A DNA stretch of 64,000 nucleotides from Selaginella moellendorffii (GCF_000143415.4 NW_003314275.1:1965419-2029418), one strand, 5' to 3'. Positions 38,920 to 53,676 are shown, counted from the first letter of the stretch. The notes: generated by a model from the letters alone, not told the origin. A program made the numbers and translations.

Positions 38920-41900
38920 TCAGTTCTTCTCTGGACAAGCAGCACGCAAGTCTTCCTGGACCACTTTGATACTCGGCCTCTCCGAGCGCTCCAAAATGCA
39001 ACTTAGCGCCAGAGCCAAAACATCGTCGATCCCCTGCGGTGGCTCTTGATCCCTGTCGTAGCCAACTAGTGCCTGATCGTAGCACTCCGGACCCCTGCCC
39101 TCCGAGACGAGCAGCTTCACCCAGTCGGTGAGGTCCACAGCTCCAGAGTTTCCAGAGATGATGTCTCCGGCACCTTTGCCCGTGACAATCTCCATCAGGA
39201 TCACACCGAAGGCGTATATGTCCGCCTTGAGAGTTGGCTTTGGCTTCCTGGCGTGTGCAAGCTCGGGAGCGCGGTATCCCAGCGCTCCCGCGTTGAGAAT
39301 CTGGTTGGCTGTTCCAGCGGGTGTCATGAGCCGGTGAATGCTGTAGTCGGACAGCCGCGCTACGAGAGAAGATCCATCCAGTAGGACGTTGCTAGCTTTC
39401 AAGTTGCCGTGAGGGAGCTTGTGCTTGGTGTGCAGATACGAAAGTCCGCGCGTAATATCGACTGCAATGCGCACTCGCTGTGACCATTCTAGTGGTGGAA
39501 ATCTTCGACCACTTCTTTCTGCGTAGAAGAAATGGATAGGTAAGGAAATGCGTAGAAAGGGAAAGGCGGAACTTTTACCTGTAAGTCGATCAGATAAACT
39601 TCCAAAGCTGAGGTAGTCCGATATGACGAGCTTCTCGTGTTCTCTCGGCCCCCAGTAATAGCCTCGGAGAGGAAGTATGTTTGGATGTTGAATGGAACCA
39701 AACTTTCTAGCTTCACGAGTGAACGCTGCTTTGTTCTTGGCGAGTCCTTCTCGCAGCCACTTGACTGCCAGCATGTGTCCATTTTCGAGCGTTGCCTTGT
39801 ACGAAGTACCATGGCTACTGCGACCGAGAACTTCAGCAGGCGCACTCGACAGCTCTTCCGGCGTGAAAACAATCGAACTGTCAAGTAGAAAGAGATCTCC
39901 AGCCAGCTTATCGGGAGAACGGACCTTCTGACTGGGAGCACGTTCGAGTGATGACGGACCTTCGTCGAGCAGCGTTGTTCTACTCTTGCTTCGCTTTCTT
40001 GTGAGCAAGCCTTCCTGTTTCTTCTTGGTGTCCCGTCCGTCACCTTGCTCCGGAGAGCCAGGGACGTTTCCTTGTTGAGGTAGAAGCTGCTCCCTCGATA
40101 AGCTCACTGAAGCACCAGCTTTAGCCGCAGATGGAGGCCCGAACTCCAACCGATGAGGACTTTTTACCACGTCACGTTCATCCGAAGAATTTTTGTCAGC
40201 TGCTTGCAATCTGGAGTAGACGAACAGAGCGATCGCAATGATGATGACTGTTGCTGCTACACACCCCCCAATCAAGCCGGCCTTCACTGCGGATGATAAT
40301 CCTTTGCCCCGCCTGGACCGCAAGGACGGGATTCCAGCCCCGCTGCTTCCAGGTACTACAAGTCCGGCATTGCCCGGGAAAAAAGACGACAGTGGGAATC
40401 TTGATAGCAAGTTTGCTGGTAAATGTCCCGACAAGTCGTTGTTTGTCAGGTTCAACGTCTGTAATGAAGATGGAAGCTGTGCTGGAATCCGGCCACGAAG
40501 ATGGTTAGACGAAAGATCCAAATTCTCCAAGTACCTCAACCGTGAGAGCTGACTGGGAATGCCTCCAGTGAAGTCGTTTCCTCCCAGGTTAAGGACGACT
40601 AGTCCCGATAGAGAAGCAATTTCTTGGGGGATGGAACCATTGAGACTGTTGAAAGATAAGTCAAGGACTTGTAACGGGGAGAACAAAACCGCTGGGGGAG
40701 TGGAAGAGATGGAGGTGGGCGACAAGAGCTCACCGGGGATGGCGGAAGAGGAAAGGAAGCTCACGACTGGAATCCCACCCACGAGATTATTGTTTGCGAC
40801 TCTGAAAATGGTTAGAGACGGGGAGTGAAAAAAATCACCAGGGATTTCACCGTCGAGATTGTTGGAGCTGAGGTCTAGCGCGGTCAGTTTGCGGAGGGAT
40901 GCGAGAGTACCGGGAATAGGACCAGACAAGGCGTTGTGAGATACGTTGAGGTACATGAGTCGGAGGAGGTGTGCTGTTTCGTTGGAGAGAACGCCGTCAA
41001 AAGAGTTGCCGCTGAGGTCGAGAACCTGTAAGCTGTCCCTCCAGTCTTTCATCACGTCCAAGTTCCCGGAAAAATGATTGTTGCTGAAGTCTACTATGGC
41101 GCAGCTTCCCAGTCTTATCGGCAAAGTACCCGAGAAGTTATTCGACGCTAGCCTTAAGATCGATAGACTGGTGGCTGCCACCATTCCAATAGTACCTGCA
41201 AGAAAGAGAAGAGTGAGAAATATAAGCGACAGAAGAGAAGCAAACAACGTAAACACTTACCGGAAAGATTGTTGAAGCTGATGTCAAGCTCCTCCAGCAC
41301 AGATTCCGTGGCGAGAAGCGCCGGAGGTACATATCCCACGAAGGAATTGTTCTGGAGTTTCAAGACACGTAGCGAGAAGACAAACGAAAACGACGGAAGC
41401 TTCCCCGACAACAAGTTGCTGCTCACGTCCAGGATTTGCAGCTCGCTCGCAAACAAGCTCGCCGCGTTCTCGGGAGCCAGCTCGCCAGTAAACCTGTTGG
41501 AGCTGAGATTTACCGAGCTGATGCCTTGCGGGAAAACAAATGGAGCACCCTGCTGCCACGGGAGCAACCCCGAGAGCTCGTTGCAGCTCATGTCGATCAC
41601 TTCCATGCGGCTGAGACCCATGAGCACGGGATCCACCTCTCCGGAGAGCCTGTTCTGGCGAAGATCCAGCCGGTGCAAGCTTTCCAAGCTGCTCATCTCT
41701 CTCGGGATCACACCGCTAAACGCGTTCCACGAGAGGTTGAGCGAGACCAGCTGCCGCAACGAAGTGATCGATGGAGGGATGCCACCCGAGAGCGAATTGC
41801 CGCTTAAGTCGAGATCTCCGAGCCGGATCATGCTCGCAAACATATCCGGGACCGGCCCCTCGAGCTTGTTTGACGAGAGAGAAAAGTTTACCACGCTGCG

Positions 41901-42332
41901 CAGGCCGGCAAAGGAGCTCGGGATGGATCCCACGAACTGGTTGGCCGACAGATCCAAAAACTGGAGAGCATGGAGCTCGCCCAGATCCTCTGGAAGCTTT
42001 CCACCCAGAGAATTGTTGCCGAGAAGCAGCGACGTGAGCCTGGACAGCCTGCCGATCGTTCCAGGAGAGATTTCCCCCTGGAGCTGGAGATCGCCCAGTG
42101 CCAAACCAGTGACGCTGCCATTGGAGCACACTACCCCGTGCCACTGCGAGGGGCAGCCCGACGGATCCACCCTGTTGGCAACCCAGCTGCTCCTGATCAG
42201 CCCCCCTGGATCGCCAGTGACCCCATCCCGAAATTTCAGCAGCGCCGAGGCATCGTCCGCCAAGGAATCCGCCCGCCAGGAGCTCGACAAGACGAGAATT
42301 CCCACGACGAGCACCAGCATTATCCTTCCCAT
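38920..42332 (-). CDS. LRR-III receptor-like pseudokinase (GHR1/SIRK1 clade), 3 exons
   Basis: Signal peptide, CPSQWHGVVC cap, many LxxLDLSxNxLSGxIP repeats and a TM helix. SPDKLAGDL..EELSSAPAEVLGRSSHGTSYKA clade signature. HGNLK and SDYS replace HRD and DFG. Confidence 0.92.
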
Positions 42333-43123
42333 CGCCCCGAGCTGCTGCCTTCCAGCCAGATTTTCACCTCATCTTCTCCCAGCTCCAGAAATCATGAGCC
42401 CACAACACTGGAGAAAATGGGGCCCCTGGGCGTGCGCCGGGGCCCCATCCGCTTGAATCTAGTGCCCGCTCCTCATTGCCGATCGAAGAACACACCCCCA
42501 GCTCGGGAATTTCGGCGGATTCTAAGCCGAATCGCGACCTACATTGCATCCTAGATCCAAGCCAGCTCCACAATCCATACCGGGGAGGAAGAACAGCGGC
42601 ACCTCCTCGCGCGCCACGGCTCCAGCCCTAACCCTCCCAGAGCTTCGAAGCCGGGAATATTCGTTGCCACTGTTGGAATATGCTCTGAAAGCGACCAATC
42701 CCTTTGGAGGTTGGAGCGCATTTCTTTCTTAACAGCTAGATGGCAACTGAGGATGTTGATGTGCTTATTCTTTTTACGATGCTATTCTCGCGAGTTCATT
42801 CAATGCATCGCATGATAGATGGAACGATAGAAATTTGTTTAGATTGGTCGTGGTAGTTTTCTTTGGAAGAATTTGACGATCACGATGTTCTTCCTGTTCT
42901 TCACTTGGAGGCGTGATGGCACGGTGCAAATTATATCACGCAGAAGTAGAGGTCGATCTATATATAACTTTCGTTTAGATTTCTCTTCTCGTATGTGCTG
43001 TCACTGGAGTGAGTGATGAGTAATTGGTTCCTGTAACGTTTTGAGAGATCTCTCTCCAAAATGCTTTCGCTCGCCAGTAAGTTGGTAAAATGTGCTGAGA
43101 GTTTGGAAGAACCTTGCCTTAGA

Positions 43124-45436
43124 TCACCAGATCGGCTGCTGGTGCTGGGGCGGAGGCAGCCACGATTCCATCTCTTCCTTGTGTATCATCCTGTTGTAGG
43201 TTTGAGTCTCTGCGTTCCAGCTGCAAATCGGGCACTCGTCACTCGGGGCACCCTGGAGGATCTGGCACAAACATCCCAAAGTTACTCGAGAGTTTCGAGG
43301 GAAAAAGTCAAGAGATAATAAACGAACCCTGAGAACACACTGCTCGCAAAACGCATGGTTGCATTCCAGGCGAATGGGATCCACGACGAGACCTGTAAAG
43401 TGAAAAACAAAAAGTGAAACGTTGGGACCGGTAATAAAGCGGAGTAACTTTTTACACTTACGAAAGCAGATGCAGCAGTTGCCAGAAGCGTCGTACTGTC
43501 CATTCGCAATCAACGATGAATTCGGAGGCAATCCCAAACTGTTTCGAAGCTGAGATTCCAGGAAACGTTTCTTCATCACTTCTGGATCGCTGTCAAAAGA
43601 ACCATCTGATCTGAGTAAACGTTCACAGTACATATAAATGCTTGTACCAGTCACGGGTATAATCGAGAGGAAAGTCCGGTGAGAGCGGTTTAGTCATGTA
43701 TCCCCCTCCTAAACACACAAGAACAAAAATATTACGAACTAACACCAGAAAGAAGCTGCCAATCAAACCTCGAGGGAACACTTTGAGCTCTCGCAGTGGT
43801 ACCGCCAAGTCCGGATCATTAAAGAACTGCTTCGTAGTATTCTCGGGTGAAAGTAGATCGGAAACGGCTTGCGCCTCCAATTTGGCACGAGTTTTGGCTC
43901 GGACTTCGGCCATTAGCATCTCAAGCTTCTTCATAGCCTTTTTTTCTTCCTCGAGTCTCCGATCCGCATCACTGCCTATAATGCTCGGAGCTGGATCACA
44001 GAGTGCACGGTCACATATCAGTCCTTGAGCCGAAGAAAACAAATACTTAACGTTTAGCTTCGTCCTTGGCTGGATGAAGCAGTTTCTCCATCTGCTTCCT
44101 GTGAAGTCAAGTTTCATTAGCTTCGAGCTGGAGAAGAGACAATTTCAACTGGAGAATTTACGTACTTGTTCATAGGCTTGGATTTCTCGCGGTATGGTTT
44201 GACGAGCACCCGCGCACCACAGACATGGTGAGGATTTCCTTCGGCCAGAATCATCCTCACCGTCTCAGCGTACGTGAACGTCACAAACCCAAACATTCGC
44301 TTGTGCTGGGTTGGAATTCTCACGTCTTCCACGGGACCGTAAGCTCTGCACAGTAAAGTTTCGTATCGCTCCTCTTGTAGCGAAGGAATTAAACACAACG
44401 TACCGGAAGTGTGTCGCGACGTCCTCCTCGGAGAAATTGCTATCGCATGGAAACGTGAGATAGATTTGTCTGGAGCAAGGGCTTGGATCGTTACATTCGT
44501 CCAGATCCACCTTGTGAGCGCTGTATTTTGGAACATCCTCCGCGAGCATGAGAGCGTGCTGCCGATGGGGCCTGGGAAAGGAAAGAAAGAAGTGATAGAG
44601 ACTGACGCTCGCAAAGGAGGAAGAAGAAAATGCCCCAAGCAAACAAGAAATTGCGAAGAATCGAGGACTGGATGAAAACTAAGCTACGATTAGAGAAAGA
44701 AGCATACCTAGCAACAATGGCGCTAACAAGAAATGCGAAGAATCGAGAAGGAATGGATGAAAACTGTGAAAACTAAGCTACGATCGAAGAAAGAAGCATA
44801 CCTCTCGACGACGGTGACGCTCTGGAACTTGCTAAGAAGCTTTGTGAGGGTGTAGCCCGGCTTCGCGTGGCGCTGGCTCTCGGAGACATAGCCATCGGCT
44901 TCCAGCCAGCGGCCATACTTCTCGAAGTAAATCTGCGGCAGCGAGGAGACGGAGATGGGAACGCCTTTGCGCGAGCGCAAGAGCTCCTGGAGCTGGAATT
45001 CCAGGCGCTCCATCGACAAGAACTGATCTTTCGGCGGGGAATCCGACTGGAGCAGCGCGGAATCGTGGATGAAGCGGCAGCTGCTCCCGTTCTTGCAAAA
45101 TCCCTTGGCAAAATACATGCATGGCTTGGGGGGATCCTCGTCGGGCGCCGGAACCGCGATCTTGGCTGGAGCTTTGCTTCTGAAACCATTGGCCTTGGTA
45201 GCCGATGATCCACCGAACTCGCCGATGCCACCGATCGTTGCCAGATGATTCTCGTTGCAGAAGAGCTCCTTCTTGGCCTTGGCGACGGTCGATTTGAGCT
45301 CCGGATCCGTGCTAAAGGCGAGGCTAAACATATCCGAGTTCTTGAGCAGCAGATACCCCATCACTCGATTCACATTCTCCGCATCGATCGCCTTGACCCT
45401 GGCGAACACGATCTGAGCCGCCTCGCACGAATCCAT
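43124..45436 (-). CDS. CCCH zinc finger, OST-HTH/LOTUS and RRM protein (AtC3H18/46/55-like) with an apparent C-terminal C3HC4 RING
   Basis: [19 protein letters not shown]; [30 protein letters not shown]; RQIYLTFP...RMFGFVTF. Downstream exons give [23 protein letters not shown]...CPIC. The join to the RING exons is inferred. Confidence 0.78.
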
Positions 45437-45866
45437 CGCTCGATCGCTGGAGGAGAGGAGCACGCGCCGCTGCTACTGCGATGGCGCCGTCGATCAATCC
45501 GCTCCTGGAGCTCGAGCCTCGAAATATTTCGATCGATCGATCGAAATAATCACCCCTCCTTCCTATCACTCCGCAAGAACAAGAACGATCGCTCTGACAA
45601 AGCTGCGCGTACAGACATAATGAAACGAGGTCGTGCGTAGCGTGTTAACAAAACCACCGCTACCTCTAGATTTGGCGGGACTTTTAAAACTACTAAAATA
45701 ACCTAATATTCAAATAAATAATAGGAAAGAAGAATGCAAACAGCGTGCCTACAAAACTGCTAACTAGAAGATCCACAACAAAAAAGAAAACTCCGACAAA
45801 ACGAGGACGTCCAAATAGTTGTACGGTGAAATAACTCGGTGGTACGGCATTAGAACTTCTCCCTCT

Positions 45867-47521
<1,655 letters not shown>

Positions 47522-47535
47522 CTAGGTTTCTTTTC

Positions 47536-47627
47536 GTACACGGAAATGTCCGTACGCAAATATTCGCGTCCGTACTTAGAACCGTCGTAGTACGGAAATT
47601 AGCGTACGTACTAGACCATGTTGGTAC
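47536..47627. promoter_or_regulatory. Cluster of 7 GTAC cores (SBP/SPL-binding, CuRE-like) upstream of EF1A copy 2
   Basis: GTAC at 47536, 47552, 47572, 47590, 47604, 47608 and 47624, mostly as CGTAC or GTACG. Confidence 0.5.
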
Positions 47628-47664
47628 GAAACAAGTGTTTCTCACGAAAGTATGAATTGTTCTC

Positions 47665-50600
47665 TCACGAAGTTTGCCTGGAGATGTGCGTTGGCCAGAA
47701 CGTAGTCAGAGAGAACTTGATGGCGGCGTCGCGGTTGAAAGGATGGTAGCACGGGCCAAGCCGGACGCGATAGAACGGGCCATAGACCTCGCCATCCAGC
47801 ACCACGTCGAAGGCTTTGCCGGGCTCCCCAGCCTCCACGACCAGCTTCCTCGTCCGGAACGTACACATATCGCCCATGAGCTCCTCCAGCGCTCGCAGCC
47901 TCCTCCTCTTGGAGTCCGCGGCCTGGAGCACGCAAACGTTGAGCACCTCGTCGCTCGGGTTACACTCGAGGCGCCTCTCCGCCGGCTTTGGAACGTTGAT
48001 CGCCATGAGCGCTACCAGCGAGAGTGGGATGTTCCGCTCGCCTCTCTCGGACCCGTCCAAGCCGGCTGGCCGGTATCTAAGTCGGGCTTTGAGTGTGTAG
48101 CTCGAGACGAGGTCCTCGAGCCGGTCGGCGTCCTCCAAGTGGTCTTTGGCTGGGCTGCGGGGAACGCACTGCTGGTGGAGCACCTTCTTGTGGGACTCGG
48201 ACGAGACTGCCACTGCTGGAACTCCAATCTCAGCTCGCGTGCAAAATGGTATCGTGGTGAGGAACTTGTTGCCTTTGTCGTCCCTGTACCAGGCCTCGCA
48301 GTTGAAGACCGTGAGCTTTAGAACGCAGCCAGCTTCCAGGACGTAGTTTTCGATCTGTCGAGTGAGCATCGAGCTTGGAAGCGCTTCCGACCTGTGAACT
48401 AAGTTGCTGCTACTGCTGCTTTTCTCTGGAAGTTGAGCCAGAAATTTGTGCTCGCTTTCAGAGACATGAGGAACGACTGGAAGCTTGCTCTTTATGGCTC
48501 TGTAGATCATAGCATCGTACCACAAGTCGCGCTGAGCAATGTACGTTGCCAAGAGGTTGGATCTCCCGGCAGGCAGGATGCAAAAGAGAACGTCGAGCAT
48601 CTGTGCCGAGCTGCTTGTTTGCTGTCCTCCTGCTAGAACACCTGCTACTACCAAGTTGACGTATCCAAGAAGCGTGGAGTGTATGGTTCCGTCGCCACCT
48701 CCGACTAGAATTCTCACGACCTCTGAGGTGCTTCTGACTGACTGCAAAGACTTTCCTTTGCTGCCGAAGGGACTTGTATCCAAAGCTTCTCTGATTGCTA
48801 TTTCCACTGCTGATCGAGAATACTGCGCTGGCATTGGACCTGGTGCATCGGACGTCTCGTGTACTTCGAGAGGATTAGGCCTCCATTTTGGCTCAGTATG
48901 TAATATGAAAAACTCGAGAGGGAGAAGCCTGAGAAAAAAACAACAGCACAAAACAGGATTATTTGAGAGAGATTGAAAATGTTAAGTTTTACCTGGCGGC
49001 TGTAAAATCGCCAACTTCTTCTTTCCAGCTCATAGTCGCTGCGGAGATCTGTCCCGATTTACAGGCTTGAACGATTTCATTCCACGCATCCGCCATCGTC
49101 TGCCTTCTGTGCTTTACTGCGTTCTCTACTTCCATTTGGCTGGCTTCTTCTTGAACTTCTATAAGCCGGTCATGAAGCGTTGATATCGTAGAAACCGGCA
49201 GCTTGCACACCATCTCCTTGACGTGAACACCAGAAGTTTTCAGCATCTGGCACGCTTGAAGAACTTTCAAGAAGTGCAGCCTAGCAGCGTCATCCTCCGA
49301 ACTTAGAGTTTCTGCTCTCTTGCAGTCCACCAAGCTCTGCAGGGCGAAGCTTCTAGCGCTTTGAGGATTGAGAAGCAGATAAATACGGCCCCTTGACTCA
49401 GTATTCGAGCGGCTCCCTCCAGACTGCGAGGAGAGTCGGATGTCATTTAACAAGCACCGTTTGTTCATGGCATGACCTGCAACACGCTTTTTGAATTTGA
49501 CAAAAAAAACTATCCAGGAAACCAAAAACTTACCAGGAGCTTTCTTTTCCAGAAAAATGCTATTCAGCGTTTGTAAGGCATGGTATCCCACTGGATATGA
49601 CCAGAACGTGAAACACTGGACGACGTCTTCCAGCTTCTTCAGCGGCTCTTCAGGAACCAGCGTCTGTCAGCACTGCTATATAAAAACGATAAATCTCAAA
49701 AACGTAAAGCGCAAAAACTAGATGCAAGCAGACCAACGATGAGAAAGAGTTGACGAACCAGAGACAGTACTTGGCGGAGCACAAACAGTAAGCACAAGAC
49801 TTGAAGCTCGTGAGCAGGGGTCACTATAGTGGTCTTGTCAATTGCAATTATTTCCAGGCACTTAAACAAGGCTTTATGCAACTTTTTAGCGCGGCCATGC
49901 AATGCATGATCTTGCAACCACAGGTAAATCCATCCGGAAGCTGTGCTGTGCAAGGCTTTCAGAAAAAACTTGGCAGGAAAAAAAAAAGAAAAAGAGCTTA
50001 CCAATCAAGCTGTTGTCGGAAGCACACATGCTACTTGACATAAAAGCAGCACACAAAGCAAGTATTGTAGAAATACTTTTCGTGCGGCTCGTTTTCAGCA
50101 ACTTCAATATGTGTGTAACCTGGACAAAGAGAAAAAAAAAACATTGAGATAAAAAACCTCGACCTCTAAACTCACTGTGTGTCTCCAGCTTTCTGCCGCG
50201 CTCTTCAAATGCTCGGGAACATAATCTATCGCTTCGACGATCCCCGGCTTTTCAAAATCAACATCCTGGAACAAAGCTAGCAGTAGAGCTGTGTTTAACA
50301 AAGCAGCCATTCCGTTGTCTTTGATCTCTGAAAAAAAAAAACAGAAGAAGTGACACACAGTCAAAAGAAAAAAAAAAAGTGAAACAATGAGACAATCGAA
50401 GTCTCTTACTGACCGAAAGATGGTGGTCTTTGAGGCGGCGTTTTAAACGATCTTGTGAGCTGAGGAGAGCCAGGAGAGACTAACTTTCCCTCACTTGTGC
50501 GATACTGTAGGCCATACGTCCACGATCTTCGCGAAGTACGCCTCTTTCCAATGCGTTGGCCATCACCAGCCCTTTCATCCGGCTCCAGCTCGGCGACCCT

Positions 50601-50928
50601 TTTGAAGAGAGCTTCCAGATAGTCTGTGGCGGCATTGGGCTGGCTCAGTGCTTTCCAGAACGCAAAATACCTATGCTCCGTCACGAGAGGAAGAGGCGGC
50701 CTCTCAGATCTTCCCCAGTGAAACAAACCCTTGTGATGATCTGCACTGGCGAGAGAGGAAATTCGAGAAATCCACGAGCAAAAGAAAAGAACCTTTATCA
50801 TCCGTGACGAGCTTGAGAATGGCGTCTACTTCGCCGCCGCCGAGAGCGTGATGCGAGTGCTCGTGCCCCAGAATCTTTGCAAATGCCTGAAAGCTGTCAT
50901 GAAAACTCCGCCATGGAATGGACGCCAT
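47665..50928 (-). CDS. Diacylglycerol/sphingosine kinase-like protein with a long uncharacterised N-terminal region, multi-exon
   Basis: LLNPQS, VGGGDGT, ILPAGRSNLLA and VLDGE motifs of the DAGK catalytic fold. Upstream short exons are bounded by GT-AG introns. Start codon tentative. Confidence 0.68.
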
Positions 50929-51094
50929 AGCCTACCTTCGCCATTTTGGCGCGAGCTCGAATTTGAAAATTTAGGGCAAGAGAAATAAGAACGTGGTCGT
51001 TTTATTTGAGCCACATGGCCCAGACAAATGGGATCCAAGGACACAACCATTATTTACCGTACAGTGTGTGATCCTTGTTCTTAAGATCACTCAA

Positions 51095-52773
51095 CTATAT
51101 CATATCGTGCTCGGACGAATGCGTTGAAGCGCTTGAGAAAAACTCGAGAGAGCCTCGCCGGCTGAGAATCAAAGCCAAGAGCAACGCGATGAGAATGATC
51201 CACAGAATCACAACAGTCCTCCAGCCTGAAAGAACAGAAAAAAAGAGATGATCCCATAATCGAAGAGCTAGAAGAACAAGAGCAGACCTTGTGGTGTTTG
51301 ACAAGGTGTTACGCGAGCACTCGAGTCTCCAGAAACCGAGAGTAAAGCCCTGAGAAGAAGAAAACTTGATAGAAAGAAAGCAAAAACAAGAGGGATACCT
51401 GTTATCGGGAGAGAAATCCAATGCCGTGACGAAGACCATATGTGCACGCTTGATCCGCTGTAGAACGCTCAGCTTGCTCGCGCTCAGGATAAACACCTCA
51501 CCTTCGGAGCTTCCACTGCAAAAGAAAACAGGAACAAAAACATTAGCAGTACTGAAGAAGCTTGAAACAACGTTACATTGCCAAGAGCTTCCCGTCGGGA
51601 CTGATCGTCAGAGCTGATATGGGTTCATTCGCTAGTTTCCTCGATCCAACTTTTTTCCACTTCGTATTCCAGGTTGTTATGTAGCCTTTGAAATCTGCCC
51701 TGAACAGAAATTCGAGCTCTATCAACCAGAGAGCAACGAGGAAACAAGAAAAGCTTATGAAAGAGAAAAGCCACCTTCAGCTGAAGTAACGTAAAGGCAA
51801 GGCCTCGCTCCGTCTCTGGAGAAGCAGCAGAATCCAGCTTTGTTTAGAGGAAGCGCAGCAGCAGGAGATGCCGTTTTCAAATCCCAGATGCGGGAGGGAC
51901 CAACGTCATCGGTAGCTGCTAAAAACGAGCCATCCAAGCTGAAACACAAAACACAGAGAAAAAGAGTTAAGCAGCTACAAATACAATCGACCAAAACCTT
52001 ACCTGAAATCCAAGTCCTTGATCGATCGGTGCGCGTCAGATCTATCAAGAACAACTTCCAGAGACGGCCACTTGAGAACTTTTAAGTGTCCATCCTGTAC
52101 AAGTTCGACTTAGAATCCTTCAGTTAAAAGCTTAGCAGCTTCTTACCTGACCCCCCACCGCAAGCAATTTCCCATCGGCACTAAACTTCACGGTTCGCTG
52201 CTCGCCTAGATCTTGCAATGGCTTCAGCTCCCGCTCGACATTTTCTAATCGCAAGTTCTTTCCACCAGTCAGCCTCAGAAGCCTCAATTTTCCATTATGC
52301 CTTTAAAGGAGAAAAACGTGAATTAAGCTCAGTAGCAAGGAAAAACTCCAGGAAACGCTAAGAACTTTCTAAGAACTAAACGAAGAAGAGCGAGCAAAGT
52401 ACCTCTCGGTCGCTGGAAACGTGCAGATAAACTCCTTGCGATTGGGATGCATAGCCATGGCGCAGGCCGTATCATCGTCCGTGAAGAGCGTATCGAGCTA
52501 CACAGACGAAGCAAAGAGCTAAGAGAAAATGCCACAAATTTTGGATCGATCTGAGGAGCTACTAACCGGCTCACTGAGCTCTCTGGAATCGGCATCGTAT
52601 CGAGCGAGAACCAGAGTGTTGCGCAAGCCAGAGGACGAATCTCCACCTCCGCCGCCGCAGATCGCATACGAGATCCCATGCGCGACGGATGCATCTGTGC
52701 TGTCGGCGCTCGCCCAGGCCGCGCAGAAGAGCGGCGTACCAAATTTCCTCGCCTTGTTGCTCGTGGAAGCCAT
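51095..52773 (-). CDS. SEC12: SEC12-like WD40 GEF with C-terminal transmembrane anchor, multi-exon
   Basis: GGGGGDSSSGLRN K-loop, WD repeats (DLDFSLDGSFLA, AHMVFVTALDFSPD) and a C-terminal hydrophobic helix. Confidence 0.85.
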
Positions 52774-53142
52774 CGCTACGAAGAACCCTAGCCCTAAAAC
52801 CTTGTTTATTTTTTTATTTTGTTTGCAGCGTGTCGTCGTGTCGTCTATGGCGCTCGATGGCGGCACTGTGCCATCGATCATGGAGCGACATTTTGGTTGG
52901 CTAGATCGATATTTCACATTGTTCTTGCGATCCAGAGATATCAATTGTGTTCGCGAGAATGCTGCTCAGCGCATTGGACATGGACACGAAAACGATTTTT
53001 TTCGCGAATTCCTGGTTTTGTATGTAGCCCTTTCCCTTTCCTCCACTGATCGTCGCAATGTGTCTCAGTTTTTCACTGGATTCATGACTGATTTCTTACT
53101 TGCTTGTCATCAGACGAAAGGAACGACTTCTTCCAAACGAAA

Positions 53143-53676
53143 ACTGTTGATCGATGAATGAGTCCTGAAAGATCATCCAGAAAGAAGACCATCTTAAGCA
53201 AGAATTTCCACGGCAGAGTCGCACTTACCAGAAAGCTTAGAAGAATTGCAAATCATATTTTCCACGAGTTCTTCACTGGCGCATTGATCGAAAAATGGTC
53301 GAATCAAGGATGACCACTATCTTCTTCTTCGAATACCATCATCTCCAGGAAAGCTGCAATCACTTCCACTGTAGAATACTCTTCAAACACATAGCATGAA
53401 GATCCACAAGGAAACATTGGGGGATCTGCATGTTCATAGGTGTCGTTCTTTTTTCTTTTTACAAAAGCGTGAAACAGGAATCAGTGCGTTCTTCACAAGA
53501 TGGTCATCCTTGATTCCCTAGCGGCCATTTTAGATCAATGCCCCCACAAAGAACTCGTGGAAGATATGACTTGCAATTCCTTTTTAAGTGTTCTGGTAAG
53601 TGGGACTTAGTGGAGTTCTTTGTTAAAATGTCTTCTTGCTAGATGACTTCCAGGAATTCATTCATCAATCAATAGT
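53143..53676. repeat. Long imperfect inverted repeat (arms about 53143-53323 and 53497-53676)
   Basis: Left arm cacttaccagaa..gaattgcaaatcatattttccacgagttctt..gaatcaaggatgacca is the reverse complement of right arm tggtcatccttgattc..aagaactcgtggaagatatgacttgcaattc..ttctggtaagtg. Confidence 0.9.

Noticed and set aside
41269-42456. 395-aa plus-strand ORF
   Set aside because: Antisense shadow of the LRR exon; Ser-rich mirror of Leu codons.
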